Source of the DNA: a bacterium
Lineage (GTDB): Bacteria > Zhuqueibacterota > QNDG01 > JAGLOF01
Reading direction: 5' to 3'
DNA: 64,000 nucleotides
Assembly: GCA_016934955.1 (NCBI GenBank)
Contig: JAFGRY010000005.1
Span: 27,967-91,966, forward strand
Positions 43,543 to 51,817 of this stretch are shown here, piece by piece. The notes below the pieces were generated by a model. That model worked only from the letters and a program-made list of their open reading frames with translations. It had not been told where the DNA came from and searched no databases. How positions within the stretch are numbered: the stretch's first letter is position 1; every line of letters starts with the position of its first letter. The translations under genes were made by a program, and so were the position numbers.

Positions 43543-44898
43543 CTACGGGTGGAGAAGCGACGAATTGGTGTTGATCGCGTATTGAATCGCTTTCAGGGCC
43601 TCATCAACGGATATCTTTCCGTCGATGGCGGCCGAGAGATTGTAGGAGAACACGTCGGAGATGCGCGTGTAATTTTCCAGGGTGGGCCGGTAGACACCGC
43701 TGTTCAGTAACTCGGCAAAGGTCTGGAGGCCCGTGTGCCCGGCCATGTATGCCGAATCGGCGTAGACCCTGCTGCTGGCGGGGAGATACCCGCCTTCATC
43801 GTAGAGCAGCTTCTGATTGTCCTCCTGAAGGGCGAATCGAATAAAGGCCAGCGCCTCCTCTTTTTTCTCGGAATACTTCGAGATCATCAAATTCCATCCG
43901 CCGAACACGAACGATTTCGGAGACCCGGCAAAATGAGGAAGGGGCGCAATGCGCAGATACCGCATCTTTTCCGAATCCTCCATTATCGTATTATACTGGG
44001 TGAGGAACCCGGGCCACCCCCGGACGAATACGGCGTCATGCCGCAGCGCGTACTGGTACCCGGTATACTCATCGAATTTAAGTACGTCCCTGGGGGTCAT
44101 GCCGTATGTCTGCACCATATCGACCAGCATCTGGATGGACCGGCGTACCTGGGGAAACTGTACGCTCACCGAGTCTTCAAAGAAGACCCTGTCGGCGATC
44201 GGTGCGATCCCTTCAAAAAAACTGCAGGTGAGCCCTTCAAAATGGTCGGCGGGGAAAATATAGAACGGGTTATTGTGCCCCCGCTGTTTGAGCCGTGCGT
44301 TCAACGTGATGAACTCTTTCCAGGTAAGTGAATGTTCAATTCCGGCAATCACCTTCTCGGCGTCGGGGAGTGTCCGGATAATGTCTTCCCGATAATACAT
44401 GATGCTGATATCGGTATACAATGGGATCGCATAGAACTGCTGCTGGTAATAGCAGGACTGGGTGACGTGTTCAATGAGCTCGCTGCGTTCCTGGAGGGTA
44501 AAATAGTCATCCAGCGGCTGAGACCAGCGGGAAAAACGGGGCACCCAGATGACATCTACGGCAAACAGATCGATGCGGTTGGATTTGCTGCGAAGCGACC
44601 GGGCCAGCAGCTCTTTGCGGTCATTGGTGCTGAACTTGCTGAAGGGAAGATTGATCGGCACCACTTCGATTCGGCCGGCGTACAATGCATTGAACCGGTC
44701 GATGATCCGCTGATGAGCCTCGGAAATATTATCCACATAGTACACTTTTACAGCCGGATCATTGTCGGACGTATATTCGGTGTAAGGGACCACCAGAAAA
44801 AACACGATAATCACGGCGGTGATGAAGAGGGACAGCACTAAAAACACGGATCTGCTGAGATTCTTGCGCACTGAATCCACACGATCTCCTCGTTGCAT
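43543..44898 (-). CDS. Membrane-anchored extracellular solute-binding protein (family 1, sugar-binding type), no cognate ABC permease/ATPase nearby
   Basis: 451 aa with an N-terminal TM anchor (VFLVLSLFITAVIIVFFLVV). It has the length and pattern of ABC sugar SBPs (DLFAVDVIWVPRF, FVFGGWNLMISKYSEKKEEALAFIRF). It sits 16 nt upstream of the kinase gene. Confidence 0.7.
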   Translation of the reverse strand: MQRGDRVDSVRKNLSRSVFLVLSLFITAVIIVFFLVVPYTEYTSDNDPAVKVYYVDNISEAHQRIIDRFNALYAGRIEVVPINLPFSKFSTNDRKELLARSLRSKSNRIDLFAVDVIWVPRFSRWSQPLDDYFTLQERSELIEHVTQSCYYQQQFYAIPLYTDISIMYYREDIIRTLPDAEKVIAGIEHSLTWKEFITLNARLKQRGHNNPFYIFPADHFEGLTCSFFEGIAPIADRVFFEDSVSVQFPQVRRSIQMLVDMVQTYGMTPRDVLKFDEYTGYQYALRHDAVFVRGWPGFLTQYNTIMEDSEKMRYLRIAPLPHFAGSPKSFVFGGWNLMISKYSEKKEEALAFIRFALQEDNQKLLYDEGGYLPASSRVYADSAYMAGHTGLQTFAELLNSGVYRPTLENYTRISDVFSYNLSAAIDGKISVDEALKAIQYAINTNSSLLHP

Positions 44899-45064
44899 GT
44901 AAGCGGGGACATGGGCCGCATCTCACGCGCGTAAACGCACCACGGCACGTGATTCCCTGACAAAAAAGGGCGGACAGGCCACCTGTTCAGGCAAAGTACT
45001 AAATCGAAGGGAAATTCGCAAGAATAATGACAAAACGGTCACGGGCGGCGGGTGCGGGACGCGT

Positions 45065-45778
45065 TCACCGGCGGAGTCCGGCGCCGTGTCCGAGCAGCGA
45101 TGAAACGGTGACGAACCGGTACCCCCGGGCACGCAGACCGGCGATCACCCGCGGCAGCGCTTTGCGGGACGCCGCGCCCCCCGGATACATGACATGAAGG
45201 AGAATGATCGCTCCCGGTTTCGCCTCTTCGAGAATCCGGGCCGTCAGTTCGGAGGCGCTGCCGGCAATCCCGGGACGCGATTCGGGCTCGATGGACCACA
45301 TGACCGTGGTTCTGCCGGTGCGCGCCAGGATCCAGGGGAGGATAAAGAGCTTCTTGCCGAAAGGAGGACGGAACAGAATCGGTCCGGTCTGTCCGGCGTT
45401 TCTGATCGCCCGGTCGGTCCTTTCGATCTCTTCACGTATTCGGGAAGGACTTTTCAGGATCAGCCTGGAATGGGAGTAGGAATGGTTGCCCAGTTCATGT
45501 CCAGCCTGAACAATCATCGCGGCCAGGTCAGAATGTTCGTCCGCCTCTTGGCCGGTGACAAAGAATGTGGCCTCGACATCCCCCTGCCGCAGCAGGGCGA
45601 GCACCGTATCCGTATAGGCCCGGGAAGGTCCGTCATCGAAGGTGAGAGCGATGAGCGAATCGGCTGTTTGCACGAACGCAACGATCTTTCCGAACAACTG
45701 ATGGTTCCGGGATTTGTGGTACGGCCAGAGCAGGGCCGCAAGACCGAGCAGCACTACCGGGACGACGATCTTTTTCAT
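45065..45778 (-). CDS. Polysaccharide deacetylase (CE4, NodB homology domain)
   Basis: 237 aa with a signal/anchor. NodB motifs include LTFDDGP, HELGNHSYSH, FRPPFG and IILLHV. Confidence 0.85.
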   Translation of the reverse strand: MKKIVVPVVLLGLAALLWPYHKSRNHQLFGKIVAFVQTADSLIALTFDDGPSRAYTDTVLALLRQGDVEATFFVTGQEADEHSDLAAMIVQAGHELGNHSYSHSRLILKSPSRIREEIERTDRAIRNAGQTGPILFRPPFGKKLFILPWILARTGRTTVMWSIEPESRPGIAGSASELTARILEEAKPGAIILLHVMYPGGAASRKALPRVIAGLRARGYRFVTVSSLLGHGAGLRR

Positions 45779-45889
45779 ACGATATCAGGTCTCATCAGCA
45801 CAAAAAGGATCCTTACGATCAGGAAACAGGACCGGATCATTATACGTGTGTATACGGTATCGGTTCCAGGAGGCACGGAATATCAGCGG

Positions 45890-46231
45890 TTATTCCCTGA
45901 AACTCGCCACCGCTTCGTCCACTGTATCGAAGCACTCGAATATCGTGATCAGTTTCGTGATCATCAGCAGGCTGTTCACTTTTTCCGAGGCGCCGCAGAT
46001 CTTGAATACCCCGCCGCTGTTCTTGGAGGATGTGAGGCATGCCATGAGCATGCCCAGACCTTTGCTGTTCACCCATTTCACGTGGGAAAGATCGGCGACG
46101 ATTTTTTTAGTCTTTTCTTCCAGCAGCTCCTTGACTTTCATATGGCAGCTGTCAGTTTCACTGCCTCCCATGAGATTGCCTTTGACGGTGAGAACCGCCA
46201 CATCATCGACCATTTTTACTTTTGCGTTCAT
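45890..46231 (-). CDS. STAS-domain anti-sigma-factor antagonist (RsbV/SpoIIAA-like)
   Basis: 113 aa with the typical STAS layout. The conserved phospho-acceptor region reads DLSHVKWVNSKGLGMLM. Confidence 0.85.
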   Translation of the reverse strand: MNAKVKMVDDVAVLTVKGNLMGGSETDSCHMKVKELLEEKTKKIVADLSHVKWVNSKGLGMLMACLTSSKNSGGVFKICGASEKVNSLLMITKLITIFECFDTVDEAVASFRE

Positions 46232-46262
46232 AGCGCACCTCCATATATTCCGAAAAGGGATG

Positions 46263-47561
46263 TTACATTCTCTTTATCACCATTAATGTGATATCATCGA
46301 ACTGTTCCTGCGTACCGGCGAAAAGGCCTATCTCTTTTATCACCTCGTCGACAATGTCATCCGCCTTTTTCACCCGCAGGCGCTTTGCCAGGTTCCAGAG
46401 CCTCTCTTCTCCATACTCCTCCTGCAGTTCATTTATCGCTTCCGTCACTCCGTCTGAATAGACAACCAGTACTTCCCCCGGCGCGAGCGTACAGGTATCT
46501 TCCGGATAGTCGAATTGTTCCAGCATGCTCAGGACAATACCGGCGGTACACAATTCCGTGTGCTCACCGTTTCCGCGGACGATAAAGGGCCGGTTGTGTC
46601 CGGCGTTAGCATACACGATGGAGTGTTCGTTCACATCGAGTATTCCATAGAACAGAGTTGCGAATTTGTTTGCCTCAGTATTTCGATACAGCAGCCGGTT
46701 GGAATGGTTGAGACATTCGCAGGGACATTGCACCAACAGCGCCTCCGTGCGGATAGTCGCCTGCAGATTGGACATCAGCAGGGCCGCCGGGATTCCCTTG
46801 CCGCAGACATCAGCGACACAGAAAGCGAGCCGGTGCTCATCGATGGAAATAAAATCGAAGTAGTCGCCGCCTACCGCTTTTGCCGGATAGCTCACCCCGG
46901 CGATGTCGTATCCGTTTATGGACGGAGCCGCTTTCGGCAGAAGGCGGGTCTGAATTTCAGCCGCCAGCCGATGCTCTTCCTGTATACGGGTAAGCATCTG
47001 CTCCTGTTCCAACAGACGGGCGTTTTCAATAACCTGCGCCGATTGAGCCGCGATAATGGACAGCAGCCGCTGATCTTCTTCGGAAAATCCCTCATCCCCT
47101 TTCTTGTTGAAACATGAAATCAGCCCCATCATCTTGCCCTTTTTAAACAGGGGAACGCACAGCAGCGATTTTACCTGGACACCGTCCCGCGGCATCGCCT
47201 GAAATCGTTCATCGGTCTGCAAATCGTTGACAAGGAGCGGTTGCCGGTGTTTCAGCATCCACCCGGTCAGCTGGGTGTCGAGCCGATAGGGGGCTGCAAC
47301 CCTGCTCTGATCCGCTTCCCTGATCATGGTCTGAAAGGGATTGTCCGATGCCTCCTCCCTCAGAATCATCACCGCCGCCTGTTCAACATGAAAATGCTTT
47401 ATACATTTTTTAATTATCAGCGTTTCGATGGTGCCCAGTTCCATTGTTGAAGAGATAGTCGTCGAAATTTCGTTGAGTATCGACAGTTCTTCCACTGCAC
47501 GTTTCAGACGGAGATTTTCCTGTTTTATCGAATCTTTGCTGTCAGGGGTATCGGCGCTCAT
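46263..47561 (-). CDS. GAF-domain PP2C/SpoIIE-family serine phosphatase (RsbU-like)
   Basis: The likely start is MSADTPDSK at 47561; the longer ORF-track N-terminus overlaps the PrsW gene. A GAF-like region (ILNEISTTISSTMELG..LLCVPLFKKGKMMGLI) precedes PP2C motifs (AVGGDYFDF, VADVCGKGIPAALLMS, ANAGHN, YSDGVTEA, FDDITLMV). Confidence 0.85.
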   Translation of the reverse strand: MSADTPDSKDSIKQENLRLKRAVEELSILNEISTTISSTMELGTIETLIIKKCIKHFHVEQAAVMILREEASDNPFQTMIREADQSRVAAPYRLDTQLTGWMLKHRQPLLVNDLQTDERFQAMPRDGVQVKSLLCVPLFKKGKMMGLISCFNKKGDEGFSEEDQRLLSIIAAQSAQVIENARLLEQEQMLTRIQEEHRLAAEIQTRLLPKAAPSINGYDIAGVSYPAKAVGGDYFDFISIDEHRLAFCVADVCGKGIPAALLMSNLQATIRTEALLVQCPCECLNHSNRLLYRNTEANKFATLFYGILDVNEHSIVYANAGHNRPFIVRGNGEHTELCTAGIVLSMLEQFDYPEDTCTLAPGEVLVVYSDGVTEAINELQEEYGEERLWNLAKRLRVKKADDIVDEVIKEIGLFAGTQEQFDDITLMVIKRM

Positions 47562-47614
47562 ATACACTCCGGTGATTGGGGTACGGTACCACATATAATC
47601 GCACAGGGGTTCCC

Positions 47615-48622
47615 TCATGCTTTTTTGACAAGATATATTTGCCACAAATCCCTGGTACTGGTATGAATCAGCGGGGCCAGCGCGATTTTGCCCGTTTTCC
47701 CGATAGCTTTCTCCAGGTATGCAAGTTCCTCCAGCTTCTTTTCCACTTCGACATCTCTGGCAATGCCGAACCCGGCACCCTGGGCAAGCAGAATTCCCTT
47801 GGCCCGGACAGCCAGCTCGAGATGAATCCTGAGGTAACAAAGCATATCCGCGAGGACCAAGCCCGTAAACCGTTCTCCCAGCGAATGAAGATACACTCCG
47901 ATATTCGTATCGGAAACACTTCCTTTGGTGATAATCTCCAGCGCGGTTACATCTGAATCCAATCCCTGTTCCAGCCACGCCCTCAGCAACACTTCACTTC
48001 TGGTGAATACCAAAATAAAGGCCAGCGGCATTAGAACGAGCTGAATGACGGTGATAAGCCTGGGATCAAGAATAAGATGATTGAAAAACGAATGAATAAT
48101 AATCGCTCCGGCCAGTCCCGGCAGAAAATGGTACAGCTGCACTCGTCCGCTTCTATCAGAAATGCTCTTTGCAGATATTGCCATGAGAGCTACCGTACCT
48201 CCATGCATCACCGCAGTGCCGAAACCGCGAATAATCCAGAGGAACATGCCTCCGGAGGGCAGATTGATAAGATATTCACTATTTTCAATCACCGCAAAAC
48301 CAGCCCCAACGGCAAAGCCGTAAATAGCGGCATCGACCATGAAACCAATCTTGTCATTTTTCAGTAAATAATACAGACAGCTTCCTTTTACCAGCTCTTC
48401 CAGAACAGGCGCGATCACCTGAGTATATACGGAGATAGGGATTCCGAATGTATTCAGGCTCCAGCTGGTAATGACATAGCAGGTGATTCCCGCGCCGCAT
48501 CCTGTAAGAACGAAGAACAGTACAGATCTCACCCGAACCAGCTTGTAACTGTCCAGGACAACGAGTGTCACCAGAAAAAACAGAACCGGGATCAGGCTTA
48601 TCCCCGCATCGGCGATTCCCAT
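47615..48622 (-). CDS. PrsW-family intramembrane metalloprotease with C-terminal cytoplasmic extension
   Basis: 335 aa with ~7 TM segments. PrsW-type motifs include PVLEELVKGS, FAVGAGFAVIENSEY, GFGTAVMHGG and IIHSFFNH. Its start codon overlaps the upstream stop by 1 nt (TAATG). Confidence 0.7.
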   Translation of the reverse strand: MGIADAGISLIPVLFFLVTLVVLDSYKLVRVRSVLFFVLTGCGAGITCYVITSWSLNTFGIPISVYTQVIAPVLEELVKGSCLYYLLKNDKIGFMVDAAIYGFAVGAGFAVIENSEYLINLPSGGMFLWIIRGFGTAVMHGGTVALMAISAKSISDRSGRVQLYHFLPGLAGAIIIHSFFNHLILDPRLITVIQLVLMPLAFILVFTRSEVLLRAWLEQGLDSDVTALEIITKGSVSDTNIGVYLHSLGERFTGLVLADMLCYLRIHLELAVRAKGILLAQGAGFGIARDVEVEKKLEELAYLEKAIGKTGKIALAPLIHTSTRDLWQIYLVKKA

Positions 48623-51570
48623 TATAATAATCTCAGTGAAACCATCACTTCTTTTGACGCATGTCGATCTTCAGCAAAAGCCCATGCATATCCGAGAGAA
48701 AGTGTGGACCGGAGTAATGAAAATGTCACCAGCCTCATATCCATCTGGCCACCCACACTCACATATCTTCCTGAAACAGCCTTGCTGTCAACATTGGTGA
48801 CCAGGACGGTGGAGAACAAGGCGAATCGGGCCCAACGGGCATAGAAACTTGGAGTACCCCATCGTTCGAACCGAACCGGCGGAAATGTCCATTCCACGGT
48901 GGTTTTCGCATAATTCGTCCCAGCAATAGCATTCAGTTCACATCCGGGGAAACTGTAATAACTGCGGTACCGTTGTATTCGCCGGTAATCCACCCAGTTA
49001 TTACCGAATCCACCGAAATAAAAGTTGGCGAAGGGCTCTCGCCTTTTCCCAATGGAATAGCCTGCTGAATTTCGAATCCAGATTGAAGAGTGATGCCAGG
49101 GCAGTAAAAAACCGACATCATGATTGAAATAAAAACGGGGGTACATGGTTCCGTTCACATAATTCAAGCTGGAGGCGATTTTCCAGGCGACCCCCTGCTC
49201 ATTGTTCACCGCGCCAAGAGAATTGAGCAGATTGGTATAATCCAGGCTGGCGCTGGCGCTCAGCAATTTATCATACGAGGCGTTGACATTCTGATAGTCG
49301 GGAAGCTTTTCAAGTCCCCCGTACCCCGCGGTCTGAAGGGAATACTGCAGTCTTCGCGGATTATCGTATATCAGATAATTGGAGTAGGCGATCCCCAGAG
49401 AATACCCTTTCCGGCTTGTCTTGGTCGGCCCGAACAGATCATAAAAATCGGTCCCGTTATATGTCCCGAAAACATTCACATTCCAGTGCTGGTAATCAAA
49501 ATTGGCATGCAGCCGCTCATCCTCGGGCAGCAGCCGGTTCGGCGTGTACAGTGCGGAAACATGCAGGGCATCGATGCCGCCCAGCGGATCCATCAGATCT
49601 ATCCGCATCCCATAGGCGGGAAATTCCTTGTATCCTTCCACCACCGGATAAATTGACGCCAATCTCAGACTCCCGAGACTTTTATATGCTCCAGCCGACA
49701 CGGCAAGGGTATCGAGACTGATCCTTTCAGGATTCGGAGGCTCCAGCGTCCAGGTCGTCAGTACAGGATGTTCGCGGAGGACTCTGTTCCCCAAGAGCGT
49801 GATCGAATCCACTTGACAGAGAGTATGTGGAATCAGCACGGGAGTGAATCCTTTCCCTGAATAGCGAAATACGAGCAGTGTATCAGGTGATATGACAAGG
49901 GGACGGAAAAAACCGGTCTCGCTGTTGCTGACGGGATAGGTCATTTTCTCCGCGAAATCATATCGGTATACATTGGAAACGCCGGTGTAGTACGAAGTGC
50001 CGTAAAGATATCTTCCATCAGGTGAAAAGACAAAATTCAAGGGTGAATTGCCCTCGAATTCCTCCAGCACCTCATAGTCCCGCTCGCCCCGCAGCAGATT
50101 TCGCATGTCGAACTTCACCAGACGCTGGTCTCCGTTGATTTCCGCCAGTGAGCCGCTCACCATGGTACCGTCGGGTGAAATATCAATATCGTACACATCC
50201 TTTCCATACGGCAGGGCAAGAATTTCCTGAAAGGAATCGTAGGGAGGCGGTATCCGCACCAGCGTTGAGTAGCCGTCGTGGTGACGCACACCCCAGATCG
50301 ATTCATCCGCTCCGTTCAGGGCCAGGTCCCCGATTCTCGCCTTTTTCATCAGCACCCTGCATTTGCCGGTGGACAGATCCACTGCATTGAGGCCTCGCCA
50401 CTGGGCGCTGTTGTGAGTAGTAAAATAGATCTCATCCGTGGACGAATTATAGACAAGTGATGTAACATAGTACAGACCGGGCGATGCCACATTGCAGATT
50501 TTATGGATACGGCCGGACTCCAGATCGATAGCGGCGATCTGAGAAATCTGCCCGGGATAATCGATCCCCATATATATTCTGTTCCTCTTTCTGTCCAGAC
50601 AGGCGTTGGAGACCGAGCCCAGCGGCTGCCGGCTGATGTTCCGGTACGGAGTCACCGGTTGTTGCCGGATAAATGCCAGGTTCTGCCGCTGCCATTCATG
50701 TTCCCATTGCACCCATTTTCGCCATTCTTCATCGAGACTGACGCTATATACGTTACTGAACTGCCGGGTAAAGTACCGCTTGCTGTCCCCGGTACGGTTG
50801 TACCACTTCAGGAGCTTATCGATTCCGTATCTATAGGCAAGATAACTGATGAATCGGGTTCCATACAAATATGAATTGATACCCATCTGAAAATCTATCG
50901 TTGTTCCTTCGGACTCGAGACCGACAACATCGTAAAAATGACTGGAGTCTCTGACCATTGACCGGAACACCATCTCATCATAGCCGTTCTGGGCTCTGCC
51001 AATTCCGCCGGACATCCAGGTCTCCATGAATACGGCAATGCCCTCATGATACCAGCGGGGTGAATACCAGCGGGGAGTGGTGAGATAACTGTACCACATG
51101 GACAGCGGATTTTCAGCCGTTGGATTCACTTTGCCGCTGAACAGCTTTCTAAATAAACGATCGGATGCCGCAGCTTTATCTGTAGCCAGGACATGCACCA
51201 GTTCATGATTCATTACCCAGTTCATGCGTTCATTCGCCGGGGACACCTCATACACATAATCATAAGGTTCGAGACCGATGTTGAGAAAATTCCAGGGGAT
51301 CGTATTGGTACCACCCGATCCATAATCATTGAAATCCTGCAGCAGTATCGTAACTTCTTCTGAAGGAGTATAATCAAACAGACGACGGTGGAATGAAAGC
51401 GAATTTTCAAAGCAACGGGCAATATGCGGAATGAATACTTCATGATTTTTGTCGTAATATATAAGGCGGAGGTTTTTTGTTCTCAACGAATAAAGCGGCA
51501 CCTGTGACCGGGCGCCGTTGTACATCAAAAGCAGCGAAAGCAGAATCATTACCCGGGGGAAACGGATCAT
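48622..51570 (-). CDS. Secreted fusion protein: Peptidase_MA-type zinc metallopeptidase + PD40/TolB-like beta-propeller + Omp85-like C-terminal beta-barrel
   Basis: The likely start is MIRFPRVMILLSLLLMYNGARSQ at 51570. A HELVH motif is followed ~50 aa later by WYHEGIAVFMETW. PD40-like strings are present (FSPDGRYLYGTSYYTGVSNVYRYD; ISPDGTMVSGS). The C-terminal ~350 aa are beta-strand-like, with FYFGGFGNNWVDYRRIQRY..AGTNYAKTTVEWTFP. Confidence 0.55.
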   Translation of the reverse strand: MIRFPRVMILLSLLLMYNGARSQVPLYSLRTKNLRLIYYDKNHEVFIPHIARCFENSLSFHRRLFDYTPSEEVTILLQDFNDYGSGGTNTIPWNFLNIGLEPYDYVYEVSPANERMNWVMNHELVHVLATDKAAASDRLFRKLFSGKVNPTAENPLSMWYSYLTTPRWYSPRWYHEGIAVFMETWMSGGIGRAQNGYDEMVFRSMVRDSSHFYDVVGLESEGTTIDFQMGINSYLYGTRFISYLAYRYGIDKLLKWYNRTGDSKRYFTRQFSNVYSVSLDEEWRKWVQWEHEWQRQNLAFIRQQPVTPYRNISRQPLGSVSNACLDRKRNRIYMGIDYPGQISQIAAIDLESGRIHKICNVASPGLYYVTSLVYNSSTDEIYFTTHNSAQWRGLNAVDLSTGKCRVLMKKARIGDLALNGADESIWGVRHHDGYSTLVRIPPPYDSFQEILALPYGKDVYDIDISPDGTMVSGSLAEINGDQRLVKFDMRNLLRGERDYEVLEEFEGNSPLNFVFSPDGRYLYGTSYYTGVSNVYRYDFAEKMTYPVSNSETGFFRPLVISPDTLLVFRYSGKGFTPVLIPHTLCQVDSITLLGNRVLREHPVLTTWTLEPPNPERISLDTLAVSAGAYKSLGSLRLASIYPVVEGYKEFPAYGMRIDLMDPLGGIDALHVSALYTPNRLLPEDERLHANFDYQHWNVNVFGTYNGTDFYDLFGPTKTSRKGYSLGIAYSNYLIYDNPRRLQYSLQTAGYGGLEKLPDYQNVNASYDKLLSASASLDYTNLLNSLGAVNNEQGVAWKIASSLNYVNGTMYPRFYFNHDVGFLLPWHHSSIWIRNSAGYSIGKRREPFANFYFGGFGNNWVDYRRIQRYRSYYSFPGCELNAIAGTNYAKTTVEWTFPPVRFERWGTPSFYARWARFALFSTVLVTNVDSKAVSGRYVSVGGQMDMRLVTFSLLRSTLSLGYAWAFAEDRHASKEVMVSLRLL

Positions 51571-51740
51571 CGTACATTTCCCCCTCTCTTTATCTATCGT
51601 GCGGAGAGCAGCCATATTTATCTCCCATTGGTGAGATACATGCGCAATCCGATTCTTTCAGTCTGATGAATGCACGAAAAGAACGTGGCCCGTTCCTTGA
51701 CAAAATAGATATATTCTTCCTGCCATGTGGAGATAGCACT

Positions 51741-51772
51741 CCGCGGAGGGGATGCAGTACTCCCCTCCGCGG
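51741..51772 (-). terminator. Perfect 12-bp GC-rich stem-loop downstream of the repeat-protein gene (terminator-like, no U tract)
   Basis: CCGCGGAGGGGA (51741-51752) and TCCCCTCCGCGG (51761-51772) are exact reverse complements with an 8-nt loop. The structure sits ~45 nt beyond the stop at 51818. Confidence 0.5.
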
Positions 51773-51817
51773 TTGCATCTTACGTCGTTTTGATGCATGT
51801 GTGCGACAAATACACTG

